A stretch of 64,000 nt of DNA from the human T2T-CHM13v2.0 reference genome, Homo sapiens (GCF_009914755.1 NC_060933.1), one strand, 5' to 3'; shown: positions 17,582 to 31,845, numbered from the stretch's first letter. Made by a program: numbers and translations. Notes: generated from the letters alone by a model not told the origin.

Positions 17582-18265
17582 TGTAACCACCCAAGGGGTT
17601 CACCTTGCCTGCTGCTTAGACAGAGCTGATTCATCAAGACAGAGGAACTGCAATAGAGAAAGAGTAATTCACGCAGAGCCGACTGTGCGGGAGACCAGAG
17701 TTTTATTATTACTCAAATCAGTCTCCCCGAGCTTTCGGGGAGCAGAGTCTTTAAGGATAACTTGGTGGGTGGGGGGAAGCCAGTGAGCCAGGAGTGCTGA
17801 TTAGTCAGGGATGAAATCGCAGGGAGTCAGAGCTGTCTTCTTGCATTGAGTCAGTTCCTGGTTGGGGGCCACAAGATCAGATGAGCCAGTTTATTGATCT
17901 GGGTGGAGCCAGCTGATCCCTCAAGTGCAAGGTCTGCAAAATATCTCAAGCTCTGATCTTAGGAGCAACTTAGGGAGGGTCAGAATCTTGTAGCCTCCAG
18001 CTGCATGACTCCTAAACCATAATTTCTAATCACGTGGCTAACGTTAGTCCTACAAAGGCAGTCTAGTACCCAGACAAGGAGGAGGTCTGCTTTGGGAAAG
18101 GGCTGTTACCGTCTTTGTTCAAACTATAAAGTAAGTTTCTCCCAAAGTTAGTTCAGCCTATGCCCAGGAATGAACAAGGACAGCTTGGAGGTTAGAAGCA
18201 AGATGGAGTCAGTTAAGTTAGATCTCTTTCACTGTCTCAGTCATAAATTTGCAAAAGCAGTTTCA
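17582..18265 (-). mobile_element. Solo LTR8 (ERV1)
   Basis: TG...CA termini; minus strand begins tgaaactgcttttgcaaatttatgactgagacagtgaaagagatc; 684 bp; 4-bp TSD AAAG. Confidence 0.85.
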
Positions 18266-18640
18266 AAAGCTGTGCTTGTCAGTTGGCCTCACATCTGCAT
18301 GTCTACTTCAGTGGCTACAAAATTTCTAGAGCTTAGCACCTTTCTCCACTTTTGTTGGACACCTGGCTCATCCCACAAGTACTTCTGCAAATATAATTTT
18401 TATTTAAGTTGTTTACTTTCCTCAGAAACTAGAGCATCATTGAGGGAGCAAATGTCTGTAAAACATTTAGGGAGCAAATGTCTCAATCCCGAGGCTGAAG
18501 CATGAAAGCCTGACACTGCTCCAAAGTACGAGCTTGCTCTCATGACAACTTTAGGTTCAAGATCAACAGTTGGTGATATTTAGGGAAGGCCTTGCTTTGT
18601 TTTGGTGTGTAGTTAAGCATCACTCCTGTTGAAGAGTTTT

Positions 18641-18668
18641 ACACACACACACAGACACACACACACAC
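18641..18668. repeat. (CA)n microsatellite, interrupted
   Basis: Direct inspection. Confidence 0.9.
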
Positions 18669-19345
18669 TAGAGAAATACAGAGAGTAGAAGGTAGATACG
18701 CAGGTATGCAGAGTATGTGGAGATACAGCATCAAGGTCAGAAACATCACTGGGGTCCAAACTCAAATGGCTTCACAGCCTTCCAAGGAACATTAATGTGT
18801 AAATGTGGTTGGGGGTGGGGGGGTGCGGGAAAGAGGACAATAGGGAAAGATAAGAGCTGCAAGGGAGAAGAGAGTGCCCAAAGTCTTCAAATTTCAATGA
18901 TTTTTAATTCATACTTTGAGACATATCTGCAGGCAGCAGAGGCTTGAAGATCACAGCCTGAGACATCCTGATTCTGTCATGCTGCCAGAACATTGCCTCC
19001 TCTACTGCTGTTGTTGGCACTAAACCTTACTGCCCAGACTGCCATCCAATTAGTAATAGGATTCATCAACACTTTTGAATTAAGTGAGGGGGGAGGTACA
19101 GAAAGATGTCATTCATTCATGCCCACCATCATAGGAGATGCAACCTTCATAAAATAAATCCATGCCCTCAACCAGCTAGGGAACAATGTGGGGACGTAGG
19201 GTTTGTAAATAAGGGCCGGATTACAAAGCAGTGCAGGATCAGTGTAAACAAGCCTGGCATGGAAAAATACCCATCATGGGGTGTGAGAGTATGATGGATT
19301 CTTTCCAGATGTGGTCAACTAGAAAAACATTACGAAAATATTTGG

Positions 19346-19618
19346 GGCCGGGCACAGTGGCTCACACTTATAATCCCAACACTGTGGAATGCTGAGGCAG
19401 GAGGATTGCTTGAGCCCAAGAATTCATGACTAGCCCAGGCAACACAGAGAGACCCCGTCTGATAAAAGAAACTATCCGAGCATGGTGGTACACAGCTGTA
19501 GTCCCAGCTACTTGGGAGGCTGAGGAAGGAGGATCACTTAAGCCTAGGAGTTCAAGGTTGCAGTGAGTTCTAATCATGCCATTGTACTGCAGCCTCAGCA
19601 ACAGAGTAAGCCCCTGCC
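19346..19618 (+). mobile_element. AluJ-like, tail degenerate
   Basis: ggaggattgcttgagccc diagnostics. Confidence 0.88.
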
Positions 19619-20274
19619 AACCCCCACCCCCAAAACTGGGATTTTTTACTGTGCTTGAAAAAATAAGTCGGATTTTAGAGAGAGAGTAGTGTAAGGTCAG
19701 TCTTCTCATTTATTGCAAAAACTATTATTTCAGACATTAAAATTACAAATGGACATTCACGCTGCCTCCACAGACCAACTGAGCTTATCTATGGAGCTTG
19801 ATAAAGATGACAAAAAGAGTTAATGAAAAAGGTTTCTGAAGTCTGGAATGAAATCTAGAGGTGGGTTCTAGGAGCACAGATGACCCAGATTAAAGAAAAC
19901 AGACAAAGCTGTGTAGACAGCTCTTCCCTATCACTGTGAAATCTGCCAGAGAGCCCAGACACCACTCCTGATCTCCCAGCTACAACAGCAGTACCAACAG
20001 CTTGGATAACTCATCCCAAGGAGAGTCTAAACTATCCAGAAAGTATAGATCTGTCAAAATATTTGTGTAAGCTTGGCAATTTTGAGCTGCTTATTAATAG
20101 GTTTTTTTCCAACTCAATTTTCAGTGCAAAGTTCCATAATTAACCTTCCAACAACACTTCATTTTGGTTGGAGTTAAAAATCTTCACAAAATAAATAGAA
20201 TTCCTGGTATAGCTACGATCTGAGGGCCTTTAAATGATTCGCATGCAACATCCTGCCTTCATCATTGTAATTGT

Positions 20275-20640
20275 GAGGGTTCTTGGATTACAAGCAACCA
20301 AAACCAGATCAAACTAATTTAAGTAAAAATAGATTCTATTGGCTCATAGAATGGGAAGCAAGTCTCCAGAAACAGATCTTATGAGGGAGTAAGAGCTAAA
20401 TGTTAGTCTCTCTGGGGTAATACCCTTGAATGAATGAGCACTAATTGCTTTTAATCTCGGCCTAACACTCAACTTCCACAGGGAGAGTGTGACTGAACTT
20501 GGGTCACGTGTTTACCTCATGGTAGGTAAATGGGAAATGCCTTGGACACCAGTCCCCATCAGCATTATCCCCAATAGAAGTTTTGTTTTCCAAAGGGAAA
20601 TTGAGGTGCAATTTTGCAGGGAGAGAGGATGGATCATTGA
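20275..20640 (-). mobile_element. Old MLT1-family (MaLR) LTR fragment
   Basis: ttggattacaagcaaccaaaacc...aaactaatttaagtaaaaa...tattggctca resembles an MLT1J/K-type end. Confidence 0.45.
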
Positions 20641-21572
20641 CACTCAAAAACAATGGAGCACCATGTGTAATTGCAGCATCACTGGAATTACGATGCCCAT
20701 ATTACCTTTGGAAGATGGTAAGATTTTTGAGTGTTTTATCAATTGTAGTAATGCTGTGTTTAAATGCTGCCTAGACATCATCCAGCTCTGTGACCATTAC
20801 CCTGAGCTAACTTATAGTATTGTAGGCTATAAGGACAGTAACACAACATGGAGTCACTATCTTCAGAATAAGATGATGCTTTTAAACATTAGCGAACCTC
20901 CCTAGCCTTCAAAAGATCATTTGGGTGAATTTCAAGGAGTAGGCAAGGAAAAGAAAAATATTAACAATATGCTTTTTCTGGTATTTTTGACATGAAGTTT
21001 GAGGGAAATTAGCATCTCTTGAAAACTTCTCTTCATGACTTTTCAGATTTCTGTTGATTTTAGACTCATGTCACCCATCAGTTGTCTTTAGCTTAATCTG
21101 CTGTCACCAGGAGCACTAGTATGATATGTTGTTCTTTTGATTAAAAAGGAGATCTTTATATTTAAGTATAAAATTTTGGAAAATCTTTTAAAGACAGAAT
21201 GATCTCCCTAGCAGAGTGGCGATTCCCTTTCTCCAGAAAGTTGTCAACTAAAGACAACCACTGGTAAGAGGACAGCAGTCGTGTGTTGTGTCATGAGTGG
21301 CCAGATCATGTAACCTTCATGTCCATTTCAATAATAAGATTCTGTAGTTCTAAATCTGATTAATGCCAACGTGGAATCTCAAAACACAGCCTGACAGTCA
21401 AAGAAAAGGACTTACATTTCAGAGGGTATCATCAATTTTGCCTGAAAATAGCTTAAATCATTTTAAAAATCAACCTGATGAGGCTGATAAGTTGGATTTA
21501 TTTATGAAAAATCATAAATAATAGAAAGTATGATGTGTTTGTTCTGCAAGACAGGGTGTTGTTTTTAGCCAG

Positions 21573-22012
21573 CGTATTAGGGTTCTCTAGAGGGACAAAA
21601 CTAATGGAACCCAAATATATATAAAGGGGAGTATATTAAGTATTAACTCACATGATCTCAGGGTCCCACAATAGGCTGTCTGCAGGCTGAGGAGCAAGGA
21701 AAGCCAGCCTGAGTTCCAAAACTGAAGAACCTGGAGTCTGATGTTCAAGGGCAGGAAGCATCCAGCACAGAAGAAAGATGTAGGCTGGGAGACTAGGCCA
21801 GTCTCTCTTTTCACATTTTTCTGCCTGCTTATATTCTAGCTGCGCTGGCAGCTGATTAGATTGTGCCCACCCAGATTAAGGGTGGGTCTGCCTTCCCCAG
21901 CCCACTGACTCAAATGTTAAACTCCTTTGGCAACACCCTCACAGACATACCCAGGATCAATACTTTGTATCTTTCAATCCAATCAAGTTGACACTCAGTA
22001 TTAGCCATTACA
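21573..22012 (-). mobile_element. Solo MLT2A1 (ERVL) LTR
   Basis: gtattagggttctctagagggac...caatccaatcaagttgacactcagtattagccattaca matches MLT2A ends. Confidence 0.88.
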
Positions 22013-22165
22013 GCCGCTCTTCTCCAGCAGTTGAAGCAAGTGATTCTAACCAAAACAAGAATTTTCAAATAGAAAATGACTTAATTGTTAATGATATTTC
22101 TAAGTTCTTTATTTATAGTTTGAAGTCATAGAACAGCATGATAGCATATTGAAGTATTATCAATT

Positions 22166-22483
22166 GCACTAAAACAGACATTATCCAAGACCAGCAAAAG
22201 TGGATTGGGAACATAAAAATTTTATGGGGTTATGAAAAAAGGAAAATAAAAAGCCCATAAAACTGCTTAAGAGTATAAATGTAATGATTTCATGATAAAC
22301 TATCTTTTAATGTATAAAATTAAAGCACTAAAACAGACATTATCCAAGACCAGCAAAAATGGACTGGGAACATAAAAATTTTATGGGGTTATGAAAAAAG
22401 GAAAATAAAAAGCCCGTAAAACTGCTTAAGAGTATAAATGTAATGATTTCATGATAAACTGTCTTTTAATGTATAAAATTAAA
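22166..22483. repeat. Two-copy 159-bp direct tandem duplication
   Basis: 22166-22324 vs 22325-22483; 4 transitions, no indels. Confidence 0.97.
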
Positions 22484-22619
22484 ATCCTTTCTAAATGAGC
22501 TGAAATGCTGACAAAATAATAGCAATTGAGATTTGTACATTTATATCATTATCAAATTGGTAATTCTAGAGAAGGAGGAGGAGTTGAAGCTCTTCAGAGG
22601 ATCCCAGATCTGCAATTAT

Positions 22620-22967
22620 TTTTAAAAATGCTTAATGAATGGCAGCAACCTAAAACTGTCAATAAGGACTGGTGAAATAACTCATGAGGTATGCATTCAG
22701 TGATATACCGTGCAGCCATAAAAAAGAATGGAGGACTCCATCATGCCTTGACATAGAAATCAAGGTCTAGATCAATTTACATTAGTTGCCATATGAGGGA
22801 AAAGAAAAATAAATCAGAGAATGTTTACACGTCTACGTTGATGAGCATTGATTGTCTCTGAAGGACACATAACTGATAACATCGGTTGCCTCTGAAGGGA
22901 GTTGGGTAGCTAGGGAACCAGACTGAATGAAGAGGATTTTTACTACATACCTTTCTCTCTTTCTCTC

Positions 22968-23028
<61 letters not shown>

Positions 23029-23090
23029 TTAAGACAATGTGAATATACTACTTATTTAATACATAAACAAAATTCATTTTTAGACTTCTT
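22620..23090 (+). mobile_element. L1ME-like 3' fragment
   Basis: gtgcagccataaaaaagaatg...ggttgcctctg motifs of old L1 3' end. Confidence 0.5.
22951..23024. repeat. (CT)n microsatellite
   Basis: Direct inspection. Confidence 0.95.
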
Positions 23091-23091
23091 A

Positions 23092-23449
<358 letters not shown>

Positions 23450-24173
23450 TTAAACCCAGAATTACTTGGTAGTGCCATCAAATGGAATTTGGTCAGTTTG
23501 GTAGAGTACACAAATATTAAAGTGGTGATTGGTATCAACCTTCAACATCTGTTAAGCAACAGTTTCTTTAGGGCTCTATTAAGAACATACTACACTCAAA
23601 AACAAGGTGGTCAAGAGCAAATCTGTTGCTGCTGAACAGAATCGCTAGGGCCAAAGGAAGAGAGTTTTTCTTTTTTATGCCAAATGCAGTGTGCACAAAT
23701 GTCAGAATCAGGTATGTAAGATGCATTCTTATTTTCTATAATTCAACCTAATTTCTATTCGGAGCCCTCCCTTTCCTCCGCCAAAATTCAATATTCTCTC
23801 TTTCTTTCCAAGAATGTCATCTAAGTTCTAGGAAACCCGTATTGTGCCCAGGGATGAGGCATAGAAGGGAGGTGGCATCTGGTGTTCTCTATGTCTATCC
23901 AGGAAGGCACCTGTTCAGATGGCCGGTGCCCCTCCTGGTCCCCCATTCGGGTGTATGGTCTATGCCTTGTGTCTAAGAGAGTCTCCAAGACCCCAAAATA
24001 CTTAAGCTCTGGCATTCTCCCTCTGGTTCTTCCTTTCACCCCTCTGGGCTGCCTTAGCAGTCCAAGGCACCTTTTCCTCTTGTGGGAGAAGGAAGCCTTG
24101 CCGTTATTCATTCTCATTTCTGCCATATCTTCTGTTTGTCCTGTGTCCTTTCTACTCCCCTGCTAGTCAGTTA

Positions 24174-24488
<315 letters not shown>

Positions 24489-24578
24489 GCTCAGATGCCA
24501 AGAATATATTTCTTTGTCGTCCTTGAATTTTTATCCTTCGCAGGAGAATCCCCCTGAAAATGAGAAGTTTAGTCACTC

Positions 24579-24760
24579 CAGGGGTTCTCAAATTTTGCTG
24601 CACGTTAAAATCCTCTAGAGTGCTTTTCAAAAATACCCATATTTGGGCCAGGCCTAAACAAATACTGATTTACTCAGTCTGAGGGTGAGGCCCAGATAGG
24701 ATTCATTTGTAAAAACTTTCCAGGTGATTCCAATTCATAGTCAGTTTGAGAAGTAGTGAG
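24579..24760. mobile_element. MER5-family hAT MITE
   Basis: caggggttctcaaa...ccaggtgattc...tttgagaagtagtg inverted termini. Confidence 0.65.
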
Positions 24761-25504
24761 CACTTAATTAAGGGAAAATGCAAAGAAAAGAAAAAAGAAA
24801 TACTGGGAAAAGAAAACTTTGGTTAATATTTTATAATATTGTGCAATCATAAATGTATCAACATTATGCAATCGTACATAAATACCAGAAGATGGAAAAG
24901 TCCTTGAAAATGAATTTGAATGTCAGTGTGAATAAATTAGAAGATAACTGTGGAAACCTTACATACCACAGGCATCTAATAACTTTTTTCTTTTTGAAGG
25001 CTCAGGATATCTGAATGCTTAGCAAATCCTGGCATGGTATTTGGAAATCCTTGTTTTCCAACTTACATATTTCAGCTGTCTTACATTTTTTTCTAAAGTC
25101 CAGTGGCCGGTTAGGACTAAGCTAGCTCAGATTCTCATGGAAAGAAGACAGTTCTGGCTTGCTTTACACTGCAAGAACAGGCATGCAAGAACAAATAAAA
25201 TACTGATGTCCACTAAAAAGGAAAATTTACGGATCCAAAATCCAAAGAGCCTCAGGGTGGGCACAACGTGGCCCCTTGTCCCATGCTCTGAGAAAGGTGA
25301 GGGCCCTGACCCATGTGCATAAGGCCACACCCAGCTTCCTTCTCTGGAGAGGCCCCTGAGACCTTGAACTCTCAGGAGATGCCAATGTCTTGACCTTTCA
25401 GTAGAGGATTCAAGAGCACAGCATTCTTGCTCAGAATGAATCAGTCCAGCAAAGGGTTTATTTCTTGAGCAGTTAAATCTCGTGATCAGACAAGATACCA
25501 GTGT

Positions 25505-25725
25505 TCAGTTAGAGCCAAATGTACAGAAAGTGAGCTCCAAACCCTGGCTCTATCATGCGCCAGCTGTGTAACCTTGAGCATATTAATGACCCTCTCTGTG
25601 CCTCATTGGCCACATGTATAAAACAAGGATAATAATGGAACCTTCTCACTAGAGTTTTCATGAGAATTGAACAAGAAAATATTGATAAGAGCCCTCATAT
25701 GGAAAGCCCTCAGTAAATGCTAGTT
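25505..25725 (+). mobile_element. MIR
   Basis: Core cagctgtgtaaccttgagca...ctctctgtgcctca...ggataataat. Confidence 0.75.
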
Positions 25726-26079
25726 AATACGATCTTTTACTTAGTTACATGTATGATTCCCATCTACAACATGCCTAAGAAATGGTATAGATCGCCCTAA
25801 AAAGCAATAAGTAATGAGACAGGACTATAAAACCAACAGAGTGAAAAAGACAAAGAGGGGACCACGTAATGTTTCCAAGCTAGCATTACAATTGATCCAG
25901 CAGTAAGAGTGGCCCTCTGTAACCCCAGCATTGGGTAGCCCTCCACTTGCTCCTTGGCACATTATATGGAGATCACCGTTGCGGTCCATCTAAGGGCAGG
26001 GAGTGCGTGTTGCTCATCTTTGTTCCTCTATAGGCTGCCTCCTCATATGTGCTCAATACATAGATGTGGAACTGAACTG

Positions 26080-26702
26080 CAGTAGTCACCCCTTATCCAC
26101 AGAGGATATATTCCAAGACCCCCACTGGATGCCTGAAACCATGGGTAGTACTGGACCCTACATATTTTATGTTTTTTCATATACATACATACCTATGATA
26201 AAGTTTAATCTGTAACACTAGGCACAAAGATGAACAACAATAAATAAAAATAAAATAGAACAGCTATTACAGTATACTGTAATAAAAGTTACTTGATAAA
26301 TTTGAGAGCTTTCACCTTTTCACTTAAAGGAAGGACTTTACAGCTTCTCTTTGACATATCTGAATCATCAGCATCACTATTCTTGTGCTTTCGTTAGGAA
26401 AAATCAGGATGACTTGAGCACCAGCACTGTGATACCACGACAGGTGCTCTGATAACCCAGACGGCTAAGTGACTTGTGGGCGAGAAGCACAAGACAACAT
26501 GGAGATGCTGGACAAACGGATGATGATTCACATCCTGGGCAGGACAGCGTGAGATTTCATCACGCTACTCAGAGCAACATGCAATTTAAAGCTTATGAAT
26601 TGTGTTATTTCTGGAATAGTCCATTAAATATTTTTGGACCGCTATTGACTGAAAGTAACCCAAAGGGCAGAATGTGAAGGCTTGGATAAGGAGAGACTAC
26701 TG
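26080..26702 (+). mobile_element. MER82-like Tigger DNA transposon fossil
   Basis: TIRs cagtagtcaccccttatcca / tggataaggagagactactg; ~620 bp. Confidence 0.8.
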
Positions 26703-27780
26703 GAATCATTTTGTTTTCCACTTGTAGTGACTTAGTCCTTGTCTAAACTTGCGGGAAAGAAATGGAGAATGGTTGAAGGGAGGAGAGTAGGGGCTGCTTC
26801 ACTTTAGACTGTGACAAGTACTGACAAGAGCTTCAAAATCGTACATCTCAAAGCCATTCCATGCCTGTCACCAAGCAGGCTGGTAGGGTGCCATCCACTG
26901 CCCCTCCAGGTCCTGCTGCCTTTCAGGCCCCTCCCTGAGTTTTCCATAATTTTTCTGGAGGCGCATAGCCCCGCAGGCATCTCCTGCCCCATCTGTTCTT
27001 CCGGAGGACTGCACTAAGGCTCTTTCTTCCTCTGCTCCTCAAGACTCTCAGGAAGCCCAAAGAGTTCTATTCTCAAAAGGTGGAGCAGATCCCCAAGGGG
27101 AGCACTGCCAAGAGTTCCATACCAGATGCAGAATAGCTATGGCTTTTATATAATTACCAACTTAATGATCTGTAAAATTCACTATTTAAAGTAAGAAAAA
27201 GGGTTTTGAAAGTCTTTGAAGCTTACTCACACAGTAAAATATACATTATGTAAAAAGAATAATGTGACAGTAAGTCCATGGGGGTTAGCAATTATTATTA
27301 CTCACTTGGGCAGGATTTTTCACTTTGCTTCTCGCCCTTGCAATCTAGAGCTTTCCTCCCCCAGAAACGCAGTGTTTGCACACTGGTAAGTGATACCCCA
27401 AAACCCAACCCCGAGTCCAGTGAAAGTCATGGAGACAAACTGTGCCAAGAGCACATGAATCACAATTAGTTTAAGAAACAAAACAAAACACCCACCTACA
27501 TATTAACTGTCTCACTCTTTCCCTTCTGAGAACATGGAAAGAGTCTGAAGCATCACCTGCTTGGATGTGCAGCTTCATGGCCTGGCCTTGGTCACAGTTG
27601 CTAGCACATCCTACCAGGTTCCATGATCAAGGACCACCTGGGGCAACACTTGGTCAAAACTCACTTCTGCACAAGCTCTATATGAGTTATCATTAGTGTG
27701 CTTTCTTACAGAGATAGGAAGAATAAAGGAGAATGAGAAGGAATATTAATAGGAAATAGTATAGGGCCTTTGGTAACTTC

Positions 27781-28158
27781 TTCCTTCTTTCTTTCTTTCC
27801 TTCTTTTCTTTCTTTCTTTCTTTCTTTCACTCTTTCCTTCTTTCTTTCTCTTTCTTTTCTTTCTTTCATTCATCCTTTCTTTCTTTCAGACAGGCTCTTG
27901 CTCTGTAGCCCAGGCTGGAGTGCAGTGGTGCGATCACGGCTCACTGCAGCCTTGACCTCTTGGACTCAATCGATCCCTCATCTCAGACTCCCAAGTAGCT
28001 GGGCCTACCCATGCATGCCACCAAGCCCAGCTAATTTTTATAGAGACAAGGTTTTACCATGTTGCCCAGGCTGGTCTTGAACTCCTGGCCTCAAGCAATC
28101 AGCCGACCTCTACCTCCCAAAGTGCTAGGATTACAGGCATGACAAGCCGTGCCCACTG
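27781..28158 (-). mobile_element. AluJ with tail expanded to a (CTTT)-type microsatellite
   Basis: Reverse Alu 27888-28158, CT-rich tail 27781-27887; TSD cctttggtaacttc / cctttgataatttc. Confidence 0.9.
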
Positions 28159-28193
28159 CCTTTGATAATTTCTAACAACGTGCCATTGATTGA

Positions 28194-28697
28194 TGTTTCA
28201 GTTTTCTATTGCTGTGTAATAAATCAGCCCAAACTTAGTAGCATAAAACTGCAGCAATTTTCATGAGGAGGAGGAGGAGAGAAAGGAAGAGGAGAAAAAC
28301 CTCTGATGTTTTCATGGGTTTATTGGGCTCGGCTGGGTAGATCTCACTCAGGATATCTCATGAGGTCGCTGTCAGATGGGGACTAGGCTGGGGTCTTCTG
28401 GAAGGCTTCCTCACTCCCAGGTCTGGCAGCTGGCTGGGAACAAAGCTGGGATTGCTGGCCACACAGCTGCACATGGCTCTCCAGGTGTTCCCAGCACCTC
28501 CCAGCAGGGCAGGTGGGCTCCAAGAGCAAGTATCCTGGGAAACAAAGCCAGGGGAATGCTGTGTCACCATTTATGACCAGCCTCTGTGGTCATGCATTTC
28601 TAACACATTCTACTAATTAGGACCAAAGGAAAGGGAATTAGGTCCTTGATGGGAGAAGTGTCAAAGAACACATAGACGTTGTCTTAAATCCACTGCA
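28194..28697 (-). mobile_element. MLT1-family MaLR LTR
   Basis: tttctattgctgtgtaataaat...caaacttagt, gggctcggctgggt motifs. Confidence 0.65.
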
Positions 28698-28798
28698 ATT
28701 AGCATTGCCATGCTTTTCCTTCCTTATGGCTTTCAAAACCATGATTAAACAGTAAAAAGAAACACTCACCAAATATAAACATCAAAAATAGGTTTCTC

Positions 28799-29076
28799 GG
28801 CCGGGCGCAGTGGCTCACGCCTGTAATTCCAGCACTTTGGGAGGCCGAGGCGGGCGGATCACGAGGTCAGGCGATCGAGACCATCCTGGCTAACACGGTG
28901 AAACCCCGTTTCTGCTAAAAACACAAAAAAATTGGCTGGGAGCGGTGGCGGGCGCCTATAGTCCGAGCTATTCGGGAGGCTGAAGCAAGAGAATGCCGTG
29001 AACCCAGGAGGCGGAGCTTGCAGTGAGCGGAGATCGCGTCACTGCACTCCAGCCTGGGCGACACAGTGAGCCTCTG

Positions 29077-29106
<30 letters not shown>
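28799..29106 (+). mobile_element. AluY, CpG-rich
   Basis: AluY diagnostics; pure A tail; perfect TSD aaaaataggtttctc 28784-28798 and 29102-29116. Confidence 0.97.
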
Positions 29107-29107
<1 letters not shown>

Positions 29108-30477
29108 AGGTTTCTCTGCTTCTTTTTACTCTGGCCATCAGTCCCTTCTTCTCAGCACACTCAGATGAGACAAAGCATCTCTGACACCTGTTTCTCTTCC
29201 TGCATTCATGCTCACTCCTAGATACATCTTCTTGTGAGCTCTCTTGGGTTGAGATCACTCACCACGAGGAAACCGTAGGCCAGTGTTTATAATGGGAAGA
29301 CTTGGCAGAGATTGATTTTATTTTTTTCCAAACATCCTTCCCATTCAACCACAATGATGTCCCTCCCTAGTAGCCATTGGCTGGTGTCATCATTGAGATT
29401 CCTCACACCCTGTCAATCACCTCCCCCAGCTAGTCTCCCATATACCAGTGGTCTTCTTCCCATCACTGAAAACTCAGTCCAGAGCCTTTCCCTGTCTTTT
29501 TGGACTGCCACTTTGTACAGGACTGTCCATCTCACCACTGCCCCTTCAGATTGAATGGCCAAAATATCTTTCTCATATGTTGCCTACCTTCCCAATTCTG
29601 ACAAGACATCTATAGTTTCTGCATGCATTTTACCCAAATTTCTGGTCATGGATCTCAAAGACTTCTTCATCACACATAGACATAAATGCACCCCGTTCCA
29701 AAGTAATTGTGATTCTCCACCAACTTTCTCCTGTTTCCAGTTTCTACTGCATGTTCAAAAACAACTTTTCATTATCCTGTCTCCACACTCATACTCCCAT
29801 TGATAGAAGCTCTTCCATTTATCTACATTTTTTCACCTGCCAAATCACCTCAGTGTGGTTGAGCAAAAAGATCACAGGACTTAGAAATAAGAGGCCCAAG
29901 TTCTGGCATTATAAACCTCATAATAAGTTATTTAATAAAATCATTTGAAAGAGTAAAATATACATTATGACAATGATGAGATTCTCCATCTTTTGAAAGT
30001 TGTGCTCAAGTTTCATTTACCTTATGAATCTCCCATCAGTAAGCAAAGGAATGTCCAGCTGTGTTGCTGCCCACAACAGCCTTTCCTGAGAGCTGGTGGC
30101 CGTGAACATCACCGAGTCTCTGTTTGCTAAAGGGAATGTCAATAAAGTCCTTGCCAAGAGTAATAGTTCTTTGCAGAACCTGTAGTAATTACAAAGGACT
30201 CATGCTGCCTAAAGATACCAGGTGTCTTACACCAACACACACTAGACACTTTCTCAGAGATCACATAGCTGAGGGCTTATCCTAAATTCCATCTGTGCAG
30301 CAAAATAAACTTACAACCAATGGTGAGGTCTCAAACTGCACCTGGTGGGGACCTCCTGAAAAGGCCAAGGAGATGTGGAGGGTTAAGCTTAAGGTGCCCA
30401 GCACACAGCCAGAGTAGTCTGGACTTGCCTATTTTGAGTCTGGCCAACTAGGGTCTTACAATAAAGTAGCAGCTAAA

Positions 30478-30650
30478 AGCCAAGAGCAGTGGCACACATC
30501 TGTAGTCCTAGCTACTTGGGAGGCTAAGGCAGGAGGATCACTTGAGCTCAAGAGGTCCAGGCTGTAGTGTACTATGATCACACCTGTGAATAGCCACTGC
30601 ACGTCAGCCTGGGCAACACAGCCAGACCTTGCCTCTGAAAAAAAAAAAAA
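30478..30650 (+). mobile_element. FAM (fossil Alu monomer)
   Basis: Monomer retaining the 7SL-derived cctgtgaatagccactgca segment; poly(A). Confidence 0.8.
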
Positions 30651-30766
30651 TCAGCTAATACATGTGTGGCTCTCTAAAAGTTACTATATTTCACATGAAT
30701 TCTCTCAGTTACAATCCAGCAATATGCACAAGAGTATATCATCTGTACTTTGTAAGCTGTGTCTAA

Positions 30767-31200
<434 letters not shown>

Positions 31201-31499
31201 TGAAGCACTTGATAAACAGATGCTGATACCTCCCCACCCTCTCTCTGGCTGAAGCATGTGGCAAAGTGGTTGTACTGGGTTTTCTGACTCAGTCATGACT
31301 TGGCTAAGGAATTCTTACCACCCAGGGGGTATTACCTGGAAGTTCTTACAGAAGATCATACCAAGAATACATTCAAAGAACAATTGCTCATTTTTCTCAT
31401 GCTATTAACACAAAAGCTTTTCTCTCAACTTACAACATTGAATTTAGTGTTCGACTTTGAATTTTTCTGGATACTGCACAAAGAAGATAAAATCTTCTT

Positions 31500-31686
31500 T
31501 TCTCTTTTTCTTTTTTTTTTTTTTTTTTTTTTTTGAGACAGGATCTTGCTCCATCACCCAGGCTGGAGTGAAGTGGCACAAACATGGCTGACAGTAGCCT
31601 CGAACTCCTGGGCTCAAGTGAGCCCTCCACCTTAGCCTCCCAAGTGGCTTGGACTACAGGCACATGCCACCACGCCCAGCTAACCT

Positions 31687-31719
<33 letters not shown>

Positions 31720-31845
31720 CTGAGACAGAGTTTTCTTATGTTGTCCAGGCCTGTCTCAAACTCTTCTGGGCTCAAGCAATCCTTCCACAACAGCCTCTCA
31801 AAGTAAAGTACTGGGATTACAGATGTGAGCCATCGCACCCAGCCC
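31500..31845 (-). mobile_element. AluJ-like with (GTT)n linker
   Basis: Reverse dimer; (GTT)n ~31688-31718. Confidence 0.9.

Noticed and set aside
18807-18829. G-rich run as a functional G-quadruplex
   Set aside because: Short G-tract with no supporting context; common in genomic DNA.
30478-30650. 7SL RNA gene or pseudogene
   Set aside because: Lacks the SRP S domain; it is a FAM monomer.
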